Source of the DNA: a virus
Lineage: Duplodnaviria; Caudoviricetes
IMG/VR virus record: IMGVR_UViG_3300027627_000010
Span: 1-37,683 of that record
Strand: one strand, 5' to 3'
Length of the DNA: 37,683 bases
The notes under the pieces are model-generated. The model was not told where the DNA came from, searched no databases, and was given only the letters and a program-made list of their open reading frames with translations. Made by a program: the position numbers and the translations under genes. Shown here in pieces: positions 9,004 through 17,937 of the stretch. Positions within the stretch are counted from its first letter, which is position 1; each line of letters begins with the position of its first letter.

Positions 9004-9351
9004 ATGCCAAACTTCGCGCACATAAAGGACGGGATTGTGGATAACGTCATCCGAATTGACGCAGAGACGCTCAGTGCCGGTCATTGGAGCGACCCTTCGG
9101 AGTGGGTTCAGACATCCTACAACACCTTGGGCGGCGTTCATCCCGAAGGCCGTCCGCTCCGCAAGAACTACGCTGGCATTGGCTACGCATACGACGCCAT
9201 GCGAGACGCCTTCATCCCTCCACAACCTTACCCTAGCTGGGCTCTGTCGGAAGAGTCTTGCCTGTGGGCCGCTCCATCCGAGATGCCGGATGATGGCGAG
9301 AAGTATGAGTGGAACGAGGGTTCCTTATCTTGGGAGAAATCTAACCTATGA
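9004..9351 (+). CDS. Conserved phage protein, possible tail fibre assembly factor
   Basis: WVQTSYN...RKNYAGIGYAYD...DAFIPPQPYPSW motif, typically found after Gly-rich tail genes. Confidence 0.75.
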   Translation: MPNFAHIKDGIVDNVIRIDAETLSAGHWSDPSEWVQTSYNTLGGVHPEGRPLRKNYAGIGYAYDAMRDAFIPPQPYPSWALSEESCLWAAPSEMPDDGEKYEWNEGSLSWEKSNL

Positions 9352-9566
9352 ACCTACCGCAACTACCGCAAGACAAAGCCAACCACGCCATCTATGGCGC
9401 GTTCATCTGCGCCTCATTGAACTGGGCTATCGGCCCGTACGCATTACTGGTTGTCGCAGTCGTTGCTATTGGCAAAGAGGTCTATGACGTGTACAGCAAG
9501 ACGGGTCATGGCGAGAAGGCAGACGCGCTGTGGACGATTGTGGGTGGCGCACTGGTTCTCTTTTAA
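9348..9566 (+). CDS. Small membrane protein
   Basis: 72 aa with hydrophobic segments and DK..H...G, KE..D and D...T..GG patterns; ATGA-coupled. Confidence 0.7.
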   Translation: MNLPQLPQDKANHAIYGAFICASLNWAIGPYALLVVAVVAIGKEVYDVYSKTGHGEKADALWTIVGGALVLF

Positions 9567-9574
9567 TAGTTTTT

Positions 9575-9787
9575 ATGATCGATAAACTTGAAGTGATGGT
9601 TGCGCGAATTGAGGAGCGGCAGATTGCCAACTGCGATAAGCTCGACCGCGCCTTAGCTACCGCTGAAAAGCACGATGAACGAATTACGAAGCTCGAAGAA
9701 ACCTCTTGGCGTTCAGCGGGAGCGGCAGGAGCTATGGGAGCAGTTGCAGGTGCAGTCGCAGCAGTGGCAGCTAAACTCTGGAAATGA
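9575..9787 (+). CDS. Holin/XhlA-like protein (coiled coil plus C-terminal TM)
   Basis: ARIEER...HDERITKLE followed by an Ala/Gly hydrophobic tail; start at ATG 9575. Confidence 0.6.
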   Translation: MIDKLEVMVARIEERQIANCDKLDRALATAEKHDERITKLEETSWRSAGAAGAMGAVAGAVAAVAAKLWK

Positions 9788-10551
9788 GATGCCTGATTCA
9801 ACTAGCGGTTTTGTTGGTGTGCGGTTGCACTTCGACTGGCCCACAACGGGCGCAGAAGGTGGTGGAGCTGGTGAAGGTGGAGGAGAAGGTCGCGCTCAAG
9901 GCGTCGGCGAATGCCTTTGCGACGGGGCTTGCACTCAAGGCTGCTCCTCAGACAAACCGTGCGGTTGTGGTCGCGCAGACGTTCAACGAAAAGACGAAAG
10001 CACTACTGCCGAAACCTGACTATGAAGACACAATCGAATACGAAGCAATCGTCGCTGGACTCCTCTCCGAAAACGAAAAGCAAAGGGCGCAAAGCCAAAA
10101 AGCCCTTGGCGAAGCGGACTCCGAAATATCAGCCCTCTTATCAGAACGAAGAGTCATCGAAGGTCGAGTCGAAGAGTTGGAGAATCGGCTCATTGAGTAC
10201 GGTGCTAAGTACGAGCTTGAACGCAATAAAAGCTGGTGGACACGCATCTATTCGTTTCTTGGCTTCGGCGGTGTCATCGCTCTGGTCGTCGCTTTCCCGA
10301 TTCTTATTCCGATTGGAGGACAAGTTGTTGGCTGGGTTGTCAACACTGTGCCGAGCCTCGCGTCGTGGATTGGATTGGTTAGCAGGAAATCGTTCGACTC
10401 CGTCGTAGTCGCCGTGGAGTCAGCAAAAGAAAGAATGAAATCTGATGGTAAAGAGGATGCCGTTGCGCTATTGAAAGAGGAGTTAAGCAAAGCGACGGAC
10501 TCAGACCATCGCAGGTTGATTGCAGACAGGAAACAGTCACTTAACATTTAA
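9784..10551 (+). CDS. Lipoprotein with coiled coil and TM segment (spanin-like)
   Basis: Signal peptide with lipobox-like LLVCGC, a long helical region, then a hydrophobic stretch FLGFGGVIALVVAFPILIPI. Confidence 0.6.
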   Translation: MRCLIQLAVLLVCGCTSTGPQRAQKVVELVKVEEKVALKASANAFATGLALKAAPQTNRAVVVAQTFNEKTKALLPKPDYEDTIEYEAIVAGLLSENEKQRAQSQKALGEADSEISALLSERRVIEGRVEELENRLIEYGAKYELERNKSWWTRIYSFLGFGGVIALVVAFPILIPIGGQVVGWVVNTVPSLASWIGLVSRKSFDSVVVAVESAKERMKSDGKEDAVALLKEELSKATDSDHRRLIADRKQSLNI

Positions 10552-10556
10552 GACCT

Positions 10557-11969
10557 ATGGCAAGCCTAACAGGACAAACAGTAGCATCAACGTATCCGAT
10601 CTTGCTTAAGATTGAGACTTCACCGCTTAACACGGTGTTTAAGACCGTTGAGGCTGGTAACGGAACCGACTCCGCTCTTCAGCTTGCCACAACCGGAATC
10701 AAGTCTCAGGGAACATTTGAGTCCACAGGTGCTGCCGTTGTTGGAGGGGCAATCACTGTGACCGGCCTGTCCACCTTAAACGCTGGCGCAACCATTACTG
10801 GTGCCGTGACTGTCACTGGTGCTGCGACTGTCAGCACTACGCTAGGCGTTACTGGCGTTCTAACAGCCACTGGCGGCGTTGTGGGAGCTTTGACTGGTGC
10901 TGTGACGGGTAACACGGCAGGAACTCACACAGGGGCTGTGAACGGCACAGTGGGCGCAACTACACCTACTACTGGTGCGTTTACATCGGTATCATCTACA
11001 AAAGGTCATTTTGGATTTACTGACACAAATTGGAACCTTAGTGCTGCTAATTTTTATTTACAAGGTCAGGCTTACATGACGGGAAGCGTCGGCATTGGTG
11101 TACAGTCTCCAACTGTAGCCTTAGACGTGAATGGCGCAATTAATGCGACGGGAACTATAACTGGGGCTTTGACTGGCAATACGACTGGGGTGCATACTGG
11201 AGCTGTCGTTGGGAACGTGACGGGTGATACGGCTGGGGTGCATACTGGGGCTGTAACAGGGAATGTTACGGGGAATGCTACTGGGTCGTCTGGTTCCTGC
11301 ACTGGCAACTCCGCTACTGCGACGGCTCTTGCTACAACTAGAAACATTGCCCTGACAGGCGTGGTGACTGGCAATGTCAACTTCGACGGGTCTGCCAACG
11401 TCTCAATCACGACGTCTGGTGGCGGGACAATTACCAGCGTCAGCGACCAAGCCAACTCATCTACTGGCTACCTTGACCTTCCAGTGGGAACCACAGTGGA
11501 AAGACCGGCTTCTCCGGCCAGCGGGAACTCCCGATACAATACAACGCTTGCCGCACTAGAATACTACACTGGCTCTGCATGGGAATCTTCCGCAACCGCT
11601 GCAAGCACGTTGACTCAATTCAGCGCGAGCGGCAGTGCGCCGGTGTATGCCTGTAGAGCTTGGGTTAGCTTCAACGGCTCAACCGCAGGCTCAGACCCAC
11701 TTACGCTCACCCGCGACGGCTTTGGGAATGTTGCAAGTGTTGTAAGAACGGGCACAGGTAAATACACAATTACCTTCACAACGGCAATGCCGGATGCGTT
11801 TTATTGTATGTCCGGAATGGCTATTGAGGAAAGTGCAACCGGCGACGGAATGGCAGTCTCCATTGCCCACGGCTCAACCCCGACTTCCGGCTCTTTTCAA
11901 ATTACTGTAGTCGAAGATGCTGGAACATACTTTAATGCCAGCAGGGTGACTGTTATGGTTGTCCGATAA
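10557..11969 (+). CDS. Second tail fibre / spike protein
   Basis: Repeated G.VTG beta motifs, LPVGTT.ERP motif and C-terminal RAWVSFNG...RTGTGKYTITF...MPD..Y domain. Confidence 0.82.
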   Translation: MASLTGQTVASTYPILLKIETSPLNTVFKTVEAGNGTDSALQLATTGIKSQGTFESTGAAVVGGAITVTGLSTLNAGATITGAVTVTGAATVSTTLGVTGVLTATGGVVGALTGAVTGNTAGTHTGAVNGTVGATTPTTGAFTSVSSTKGHFGFTDTNWNLSAANFYLQGQAYMTGSVGIGVQSPTVALDVNGAINATGTITGALTGNTTGVHTGAVVGNVTGDTAGVHTGAVTGNVTGNATGSSGSCTGNSATATALATTRNIALTGVVTGNVNFDGSANVSITTSGGGTITSVSDQANSSTGYLDLPVGTTVERPASPASGNSRYNTTLAALEYYTGSAWESSATAASTLTQFSASGSAPVYACRAWVSFNGSTAGSDPLTLTRDGFGNVASVVRTGTGKYTITFTTAMPDAFYCMSGMAIEESATGDGMAVSIAHGSTPTSGSFQITVVEDAGTYFNASRVTVMVVR

Positions 11970-11976
11970 GCACATT

Positions 11977-12702
11977 ATGACACTCAGCGAACTAGCAGAT
12001 TTTGTTTGCGAGAAGATGATGGACACAGAAGCTCCGTCAGTCACTCTCTGCAAGAGCTTCATCAATCGTCGCCACCAGATGATTTGGGACTCGGCTGTTT
12101 GGAATGAATCGCTTGGAACCATATCGCAGCCTGTTTTGATAAACACTGCCGATGTGACGCTTTCAGAAGATCCGCAAGTGTTTTACTTTCCAACCGCTAC
12201 CACCACTGTTGGAGCGAAGATGGACTTTATCGTTGCTGCTAAGTTCATTCCTACTGGTGAGGAAAGCGGCTCGGAAACCATCAACTCGGATTGGGCTACG
12301 TTCTTTCAGGTTGACCCCGGAATGTTTGAGAACACCTCTGGTCGCCGTTCGTTCCCATCGAACTTTGTTAATCTGCCGAAAAACGCGACTGGCAAATGCC
12401 GAATCAAGCTAGTCCCCGCCACATCCACAGCAGGCACTCTATTTGCCCTTGGCAAGCTGAAGCTTGAAACGATGGGCGATACTGACTCGCCGGTTCTTCG
12501 CGGCATTGACAACGCTTTACTAGCATTTGCAGAGGGCGATATGTACGAGCGTTCTCGTCAGTTTGCCAAGTCTCAGGTCAAGTTCACTGAGGCCGCAGCG
12601 CACATCCAGATAATGAAAGACTTGGAGAAAGGACAGCAGCAGTCTATCACGCGCATCGTGCCATACATTAACGACGAGTACAGTGTCTCCGACATTTTCT
12701 AA
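11977..12702 (+). CDS. Tail tubular protein A / head-tail adaptor-like protein
   Basis: MTLSEL start; size and position directly before a nozzle-like gene. Confidence 0.65.
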   Translation: MTLSELADFVCEKMMDTEAPSVTLCKSFINRRHQMIWDSAVWNESLGTISQPVLINTADVTLSEDPQVFYFPTATTTVGAKMDFIVAAKFIPTGEESGSETINSDWATFFQVDPGMFENTSGRRSFPSNFVNLPKNATGKCRIKLVPATSTAGTLFALGKLKLETMGDTDSPVLRGIDNALLAFAEGDMYERSRQFAKSQVKFTEAAAHIQIMKDLEKGQQQSITRIVPYINDEYSVSDIF

Positions 12703-14597
12703 TGCCTTCACTAGACAATAATGGGATGGATGACCCGTTGATTCTTGACGGGAATCTTTCTTTTGTGGGAGGACAGAACAGCTTTTCTCGGTCTAATGCG
12801 GTTCCAGAGAACGGCTACTTTGAAGCTCTCAACATGGATTACGATGTCTTTGGCGGCATCGTTACCCGCCGTGGAGCAGCGCAGTTGGTTGGCGATGTTG
12901 TTGATTACGCTTGGGAAGATGTCAGTTCGCTATGGAACTCAACTTCGCAGCACTGGTCTGATACTTTTACTGCTCCCATTCGAGACATATTCTACTTCGA
13001 CAGTTCTGCTGGAGAATACATAGCCGTAGCTGACGGCAGCAATACAATCAAGTTCTCAAGTGAAACCGCTGCAACCGCAGCCATTACAGGCGCCAATTAC
13101 TCAGGCAACAATGTTTACTTTGCACAGTTAACAGATCGGCTTTACTTCTGCGACGGTAGCGGAACTCTCCAGTACATCACTGCTTCGTCCACGCACACTT
13201 CTATCTCGGCAGGACGCATCACTAGCGTTGAGGTTACTAACGGAGGGTCAGCCTACACATCTGCTCCAGCGGTTACGGCTGCTGGTGGTGGTTCTGGTGC
13301 GACGTTCACTGCTATCCTTGGGCCTAACGGTGTTGTGGTTGGGATTACCGTAACGGCGCAAGGCACCGCCTACACGAACGGAACGATTCTGACAATCGCT
13401 GCACCCCCGCATGGGGGAGTGTTGGCGACTGCTGACGCTCGGATAAGCCATCAGCCCTCCCAGCCTAAGCTGCTCATCTCCCACACAAACCGGCTAATTG
13501 CTTCGAGCAGTGTGGCGTCCGACTTGGACACGGTATATGTGTCGGACATTCTCGATGGAGAATCTTGGGATTTGATTTCCAACAGCATCAGGGTTGGTGG
13601 TGGTGACGGCGATCCTATCACTGCGCTATTCCCTTGGCACGGGTTTAGGCTTTTGGTGTTCAAGGAGCGCAGCGTCTGGGTGATTGATGCGAACCCGTCA
13701 ATGGAAGTGGCTGACTGGGAGGTTAAGCTTATCAGTAACCGCGTTGGTTGCGTTGCTCACAAGAGCGTCCAGCAAGTTGGCAGCGACGTGTTCTTCCTAT
13801 CACGCGAGGGTGTGCAGAGCCTGTCCACAATCGAAAGCGGAGCGCAGACTGGCATTTCGCTTCCAATATCCGCCCCCGTACACGACGAGATAGAGTCCAT
13901 CAACAAAGACTTTTATTCCAGATGCTCGGCAACCTACTACCGCAACAGATACTTCCTGAGCTACCCGACAACTACCAGTGCTATTGATTCAACGCTTGTC
14001 TTCAACACGCTTGTGAAGGCGTGGAGCGGTAAGTGGGACGGCTGGAAGCCCAGAGCCTACACGACAACTGCTTTTGGAGGTAAGATTCGGATGATGTTCG
14101 GGGATGAGGATGGCAAGTTATTCACTTGGCTTGACTACATAGATGACGATGAGGCTAACGAGTCTTACTACCTTGACCAAGGCGTTCTTTACGCTTCACA
14201 GGTGGCCACGCGATCCTACAATTTCGGCGAGAAGTACGGAGACAAGTTTGGTTATCAAGTGGAGTTTGATTTGGATAACCCATTCCTTGAAAACCAGCTT
14301 GTTAACTTCTCGCACCTTGTCAACTTAGCCCCGCTATCTAGTTGCCTCATCAGTGAAGACTCGTTCGGGACATTGCTAACAGAGCTTGGCGATTGCGCTT
14401 CATCTGAGTTCATCGAACCGTTTTTCAGTGCCACAACGATTCCTTCTACGACTGGATTGTTCAGGAAGTCTTTCAACCTGCAATCCAAAGGACGGTTCTC
14501 TGAGATTCAGTTTGTTGTTCGAGCCGAGTCCGGGCGTCTCTCATTGCATAGCGTGAAGGCATCTGCCTTTGCGGACACCATCCGGCCTGAGCGATGA
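12702..14597 (+). CDS. Tail tubular protein B / P22 gp10-like stabilisation (nozzle) protein
   Basis: 631 aa, beta-rich; RRG near the N-terminus, GDPITAL...LLVFKERSVW and VGCVA..SV...G.DVFFLS..GV motifs. Confidence 0.8.
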   Translation: MPSLDNNGMDDPLILDGNLSFVGGQNSFSRSNAVPENGYFEALNMDYDVFGGIVTRRGAAQLVGDVVDYAWEDVSSLWNSTSQHWSDTFTAPIRDIFYFDSSAGEYIAVADGSNTIKFSSETAATAAITGANYSGNNVYFAQLTDRLYFCDGSGTLQYITASSTHTSISAGRITSVEVTNGGSAYTSAPAVTAAGGGSGATFTAILGPNGVVVGITVTAQGTAYTNGTILTIAAPPHGGVLATADARISHQPSQPKLLISHTNRLIASSSVASDLDTVYVSDILDGESWDLISNSIRVGGGDGDPITALFPWHGFRLLVFKERSVWVIDANPSMEVADWEVKLISNRVGCVAHKSVQQVGSDVFFLSREGVQSLSTIESGAQTGISLPISAPVHDEIESINKDFYSRCSATYYRNRYFLSYPTTTSAIDSTLVFNTLVKAWSGKWDGWKPRAYTTTAFGGKIRMMFGDEDGKLFTWLDYIDDDEANESYYLDQGVLYASQVATRSYNFGEKYGDKFGYQVEFDLDNPFLENQLVNFSHLVNLAPLSSCLISEDSFGTLLTELGDCASSEFIEPFFSATTIPSTTGLFRKSFNLQSKGRFSEIQFVVRAESGRLSLHSVKASAFADTIRPER

Positions 14598-15010
14598 GAA
14601 AACATTACCCCAAGTCCACGATTCAAGCCGCTGCGCTGATTAAGCGTAAATGGAAGGGATGCAAAACTTGGAGCAGAGAGGGGCTTCTCCGGTGGGTTCA
14701 GTGGTTTGCCGATAACGGCAGGCTGATTGGAGTCTTCGCTGACGGAAAAGTTGCGGGGGTTGCGCTGTTCCGTTTTGTTGATTCTGTAAAGGATGTTAGG
14801 GATTCGGAATATGCTGACACAGATGGCGAGTTGTGCTACATAGAGCTTTGTGTTAGCAAGGAGAAGAAATTCATCCGAGCTATGTACCCTGTTTTGTGGA
14901 ATGCAGGATTCTCTAGCCGAAAGTTTGTTTGTTGGGCTAGGGATAAATACAGTTCTAGGGAAATAACAGTGAGTGTAGATCAACTTGGAAGGAGACTAGG
15001 TTATGGGTAA
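14594..15010 (+). CDS. Hypothetical protein (possible GNAT-like morphogenesis factor)
   Basis: Lies between the nozzle and ejection genes, like P22 gp14; ATGA-coupled. Confidence 0.55.
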   Translation: MRKHYPKSTIQAAALIKRKWKGCKTWSREGLLRWVQWFADNGRLIGVFADGKVAGVALFRFVDSVKDVRDSEYADTDGELCYIELCVSKEKKFIRAMYPVLWNAGFSSRKFVCWARDKYSSREITVSVDQLGRRLGYG

Positions 15011-16646
15011 AAGTTCACCAGAAGCACCAGCACCACCAGACTACGCAGCCGCTAATCGAGAGGGCATCTACGCGGACGTCGAGACGCTGCCTACTCGCCG
15101 ACTCATAGACTACGCCACTCGCGCAGGTCAAAAAGTGGAGTACGCTGCCCCCGGAGCAGAGAAGCGTTACAACGAAACATTAAAAGCTCAGCGGGAATGG
15201 GATGCTCAAGATGCGCTCTATCAGACCGCTTTAACGGGTACAGGCAGTAATGACTCGCCGGATTTATTGCGAGGGTTAAAGCCGAAAGGCAATCGCCCAG
15301 TCGTTGCTAAGGAGGACATGATCACTGCCGACTTCACCGGCAAAGGTGACATTGACCTTTCGCGTCTTCAAACCAAGCTTCGCGGAGATACGGCAAAGCT
15401 TGAAGCGGCGAACCAGTTAAGCATTGCTCAAGAGTACGCTCCTCAATTCCAGCAGGTGGCCTTAGAAGCATTGGAGCGTCAAGACCCTGACGGTTTTAAG
15501 GGCCGTAGAAGGCTTGCTTCTGGCCTTCTCGAAGACTACGGAGATCGATCAAACGTATCCGATAGCGACCGCAGCCAGCGTCTCCGAGATGCGGCTATCG
15601 GGCAATCTCTGGAAAGTCGAGGTGGTCAGGGAGGGCCGACTGTTCTTTCTCAACTCGCCAACCTTACCGCTCTTGGTCAGGCCGGAGACGGTCAAGGAGC
15701 ATCTGCTGAGACAGAGCTTTCCAGACTTGTTCGATCTGCCGGTATTGGCCTTGCCGGACAAGGCGATGACTATGGCCTAGCTGGTTCAGCAGGTTCGCAA
15801 CAGGCTCGTAATGCAGCGTTGCAGGGCGGTATCGCTGAGTACAACCTCGGCGGTCAGTTGAGCGGGGAGCAGCAGCGTCAGATTGAGCAGTCGGTTCGCG
15901 GTGGAGCAGCGGCTCGCGGCCAAGCCCTGTCAACCAGCGGCGTTATTAAAGAAGCTCTCGGCAAGTACAACATGGGCGAGCAGTTGAAGCAGCAACGCCT
16001 CCAGAACCTACTCAACGTTGGAGCGCAGGCTTTCGGTCAAGAGCAGGCTGCTGGGCAATCTCAGGCGCAACTGGCTCAGACTCGACTAGCCAGCCTATTC
16101 GGAGCGCAGCAGGCTGAGTACGGCCAGCAACAGGCGTCTAGAGGCATGACAAACCAAGAGGCGCAGCAACGTCTCCAGAACCTCTTCGGCGCACAGCAGA
16201 CTGAGTTCGGTCAGGAACAGTCAACTCGCGCTACTCGAGAGCAGGAAGCGCAGCAACGGTTGCAGAACTTGTTTGCATCACAGCAAACTCAGTTCGGTCA
16301 GGAGACGCAACTGCGTCAGGAGACTCAGCAACAGCAGCAGCGGCGTCTGTCGAACCTGCAATCCTACGTCCTCGGCGCACCTATCAGCAGCAGCTTCCAG
16401 TCTTTGCAAGGGGCGCAGCAGAGTGCGGCTCCATACGTTCCGATTATGGCTCAAGGCATCGGCCAGAATGCAAACGCTGGGCAGCAAGCGGCTCAGTTTG
16501 CCGGCAACATCTTCGGCACACAGGCGCAGCTTTACAATACGCAGATGTCTAACCAGAGTGACCCGTTTGGAGCGATTCTTGGTGGCGCAGTCGGCGCATT
16601 CACTGGCGGGTTTGGTGGAGCATTGGGTAAGAAGATGGGTTCTTAA
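15003..16646 (+). CDS. Ejection / DNA-transfer protein (Gln/Ala/Gly-rich)
   Basis: MGKS..PAPPDY N-terminus, QQRLQNL repeats and a Gly-rich amphipathic C-terminus. Confidence 0.75.
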   Translation: MGKSSPEAPAPPDYAAANREGIYADVETLPTRRLIDYATRAGQKVEYAAPGAEKRYNETLKAQREWDAQDALYQTALTGTGSNDSPDLLRGLKPKGNRPVVAKEDMITADFTGKGDIDLSRLQTKLRGDTAKLEAANQLSIAQEYAPQFQQVALEALERQDPDGFKGRRRLASGLLEDYGDRSNVSDSDRSQRLRDAAIGQSLESRGGQGGPTVLSQLANLTALGQAGDGQGASAETELSRLVRSAGIGLAGQGDDYGLAGSAGSQQARNAALQGGIAEYNLGGQLSGEQQRQIEQSVRGGAAARGQALSTSGVIKEALGKYNMGEQLKQQRLQNLLNVGAQAFGQEQAAGQSQAQLAQTRLASLFGAQQAEYGQQQASRGMTNQEAQQRLQNLFGAQQTEFGQEQSTRATREQEAQQRLQNLFASQQTQFGQETQLRQETQQQQQRRLSNLQSYVLGAPISSSFQSLQGAQQSAAPYVPIMAQGIGQNANAGQQAAQFAGNIFGTQAQLYNTQMSNQSDPFGAILGGAVGAFTGGFGGALGKKMGS

Positions 16647-16665
16647 TTATTTAGGATAATACATT

Positions 16666-17931
16666 ATGGCATCATCATTTGAGAGGGCATTCAATCCGGC
16701 TTTTCAGGCTTCGATGGCTTCCGCAATGCGCGATATGGCCGACGAGAAAGCAGAGAAGCGGATGCAGGAGAAGTTGTTGGAGCAGCGTGCCTACAACACG
16801 ATGGAAGACACGAAGAAGGAAGCTCGCGGACTGGGCGCAACTGCGGAGGAGTTGGGAACCTATAGCGGTGCGGAAAACCAGTACGCTCTTGATCGTCGAA
16901 TGGATGAGCTTCGCGCTGAATACAAGGCGGGGAGAACTGCACAACTTTCTGGAGAAGGCTCTGGAGAACCAACGGATTCTCTTCTGGGAGAAACTGGGAT
17001 TGCTACATCTGCTGGCTACAGGAAGGGCGTGGAATCAGGTAAGTCTCAGCAGCAGGAGAACGAGTTCCTAAACAGGATGAATCAAATGGCTAGTGCTAAA
17101 CAACGCGAGGCCATTAGAGGAGAAACCGATGCAGAGGCGTCTCAGAAAATCATAGATTCTCTTTCACGCAAATATCCGGGAGAAGAATTCGACGCTAACG
17201 CTCCTCTTTCCGTGCTTCAAGAACAGGAAGCAAACTTTAATGCTAGAGAAGCAATGAACCAAAGGGCTGCTATTCTCGGAATGCCGCAGCCTGTTCCGGC
17301 TGGTCTTTCAAAGACAAGCCCAGACATTCTTGCTGCCATCACGCGAAGTGAGGTGGAACAATCCGCTCTGGACAAGGCAATGGCAGGATTAAAAGCAGAA
17401 GAGATTGTTGGGAAACAAAGAAATGTGACACTAGGAGGAGCAATAGAGACTCAGAAGAAAGCGTCGGGCAAGGAAGATATATCTACCGCCGAAGCCAGAG
17501 GCGCACAACCGGGACTAACCGAAGCGCAGGCTCGATTATTTAATACTAAATGGCAAGATGATAAGGACATAGAAAAACACGTCGTACAAAGACAGATTGA
17601 TAAAAGAATCGTGGTCGGTGAGCAGGCCCTCGCAGATGCCGCATCAGTTGGATACAAACACAAGACTGAGAAGTTGTTTAACGTCGAAGTTCCAACAAGA
17701 GAAAGCATGTTCGACTTTACATCGAAGTATGAGCCGATAACTTACAATAGAAAACAAATGGGTGAAGACGGTAAACCCATAATTGACAGTTCAGGCAATG
17801 AAATGACGGAGAAGGTCAGGGAATGGAAGCCAAGGGGGACAAAGACGAAAGCCACTGTTCCGCCCCCCACCACGCCAACTGGAGAACCGGATGGAAAGGT
17901 CGGGAGATTTAAATTTTGGTTTGGACGATAA
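16666..17931 (+). CDS. Internal virion / ejection protein
   Basis: 421-aa helical charged protein between two ejection-like genes. Confidence 0.6.
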   Translation: MASSFERAFNPAFQASMASAMRDMADEKAEKRMQEKLLEQRAYNTMEDTKKEARGLGATAEELGTYSGAENQYALDRRMDELRAEYKAGRTAQLSGEGSGEPTDSLLGETGIATSAGYRKGVESGKSQQQENEFLNRMNQMASAKQREAIRGETDAEASQKIIDSLSRKYPGEEFDANAPLSVLQEQEANFNAREAMNQRAAILGMPQPVPAGLSKTSPDILAAITRSEVEQSALDKAMAGLKAEEIVGKQRNVTLGGAIETQKKASGKEDISTAEARGAQPGLTEAQARLFNTKWQDDKDIEKHVVQRQIDKRIVVGEQALADAASVGYKHKTEKLFNVEVPTRESMFDFTSKYEPITYNRKQMGEDGKPIIDSSGNEMTEKVREWKPRGTKTKATVPPPTTPTGEPDGKVGRFKFWFGR

Positions 17932-17937
17932 GAAGCT

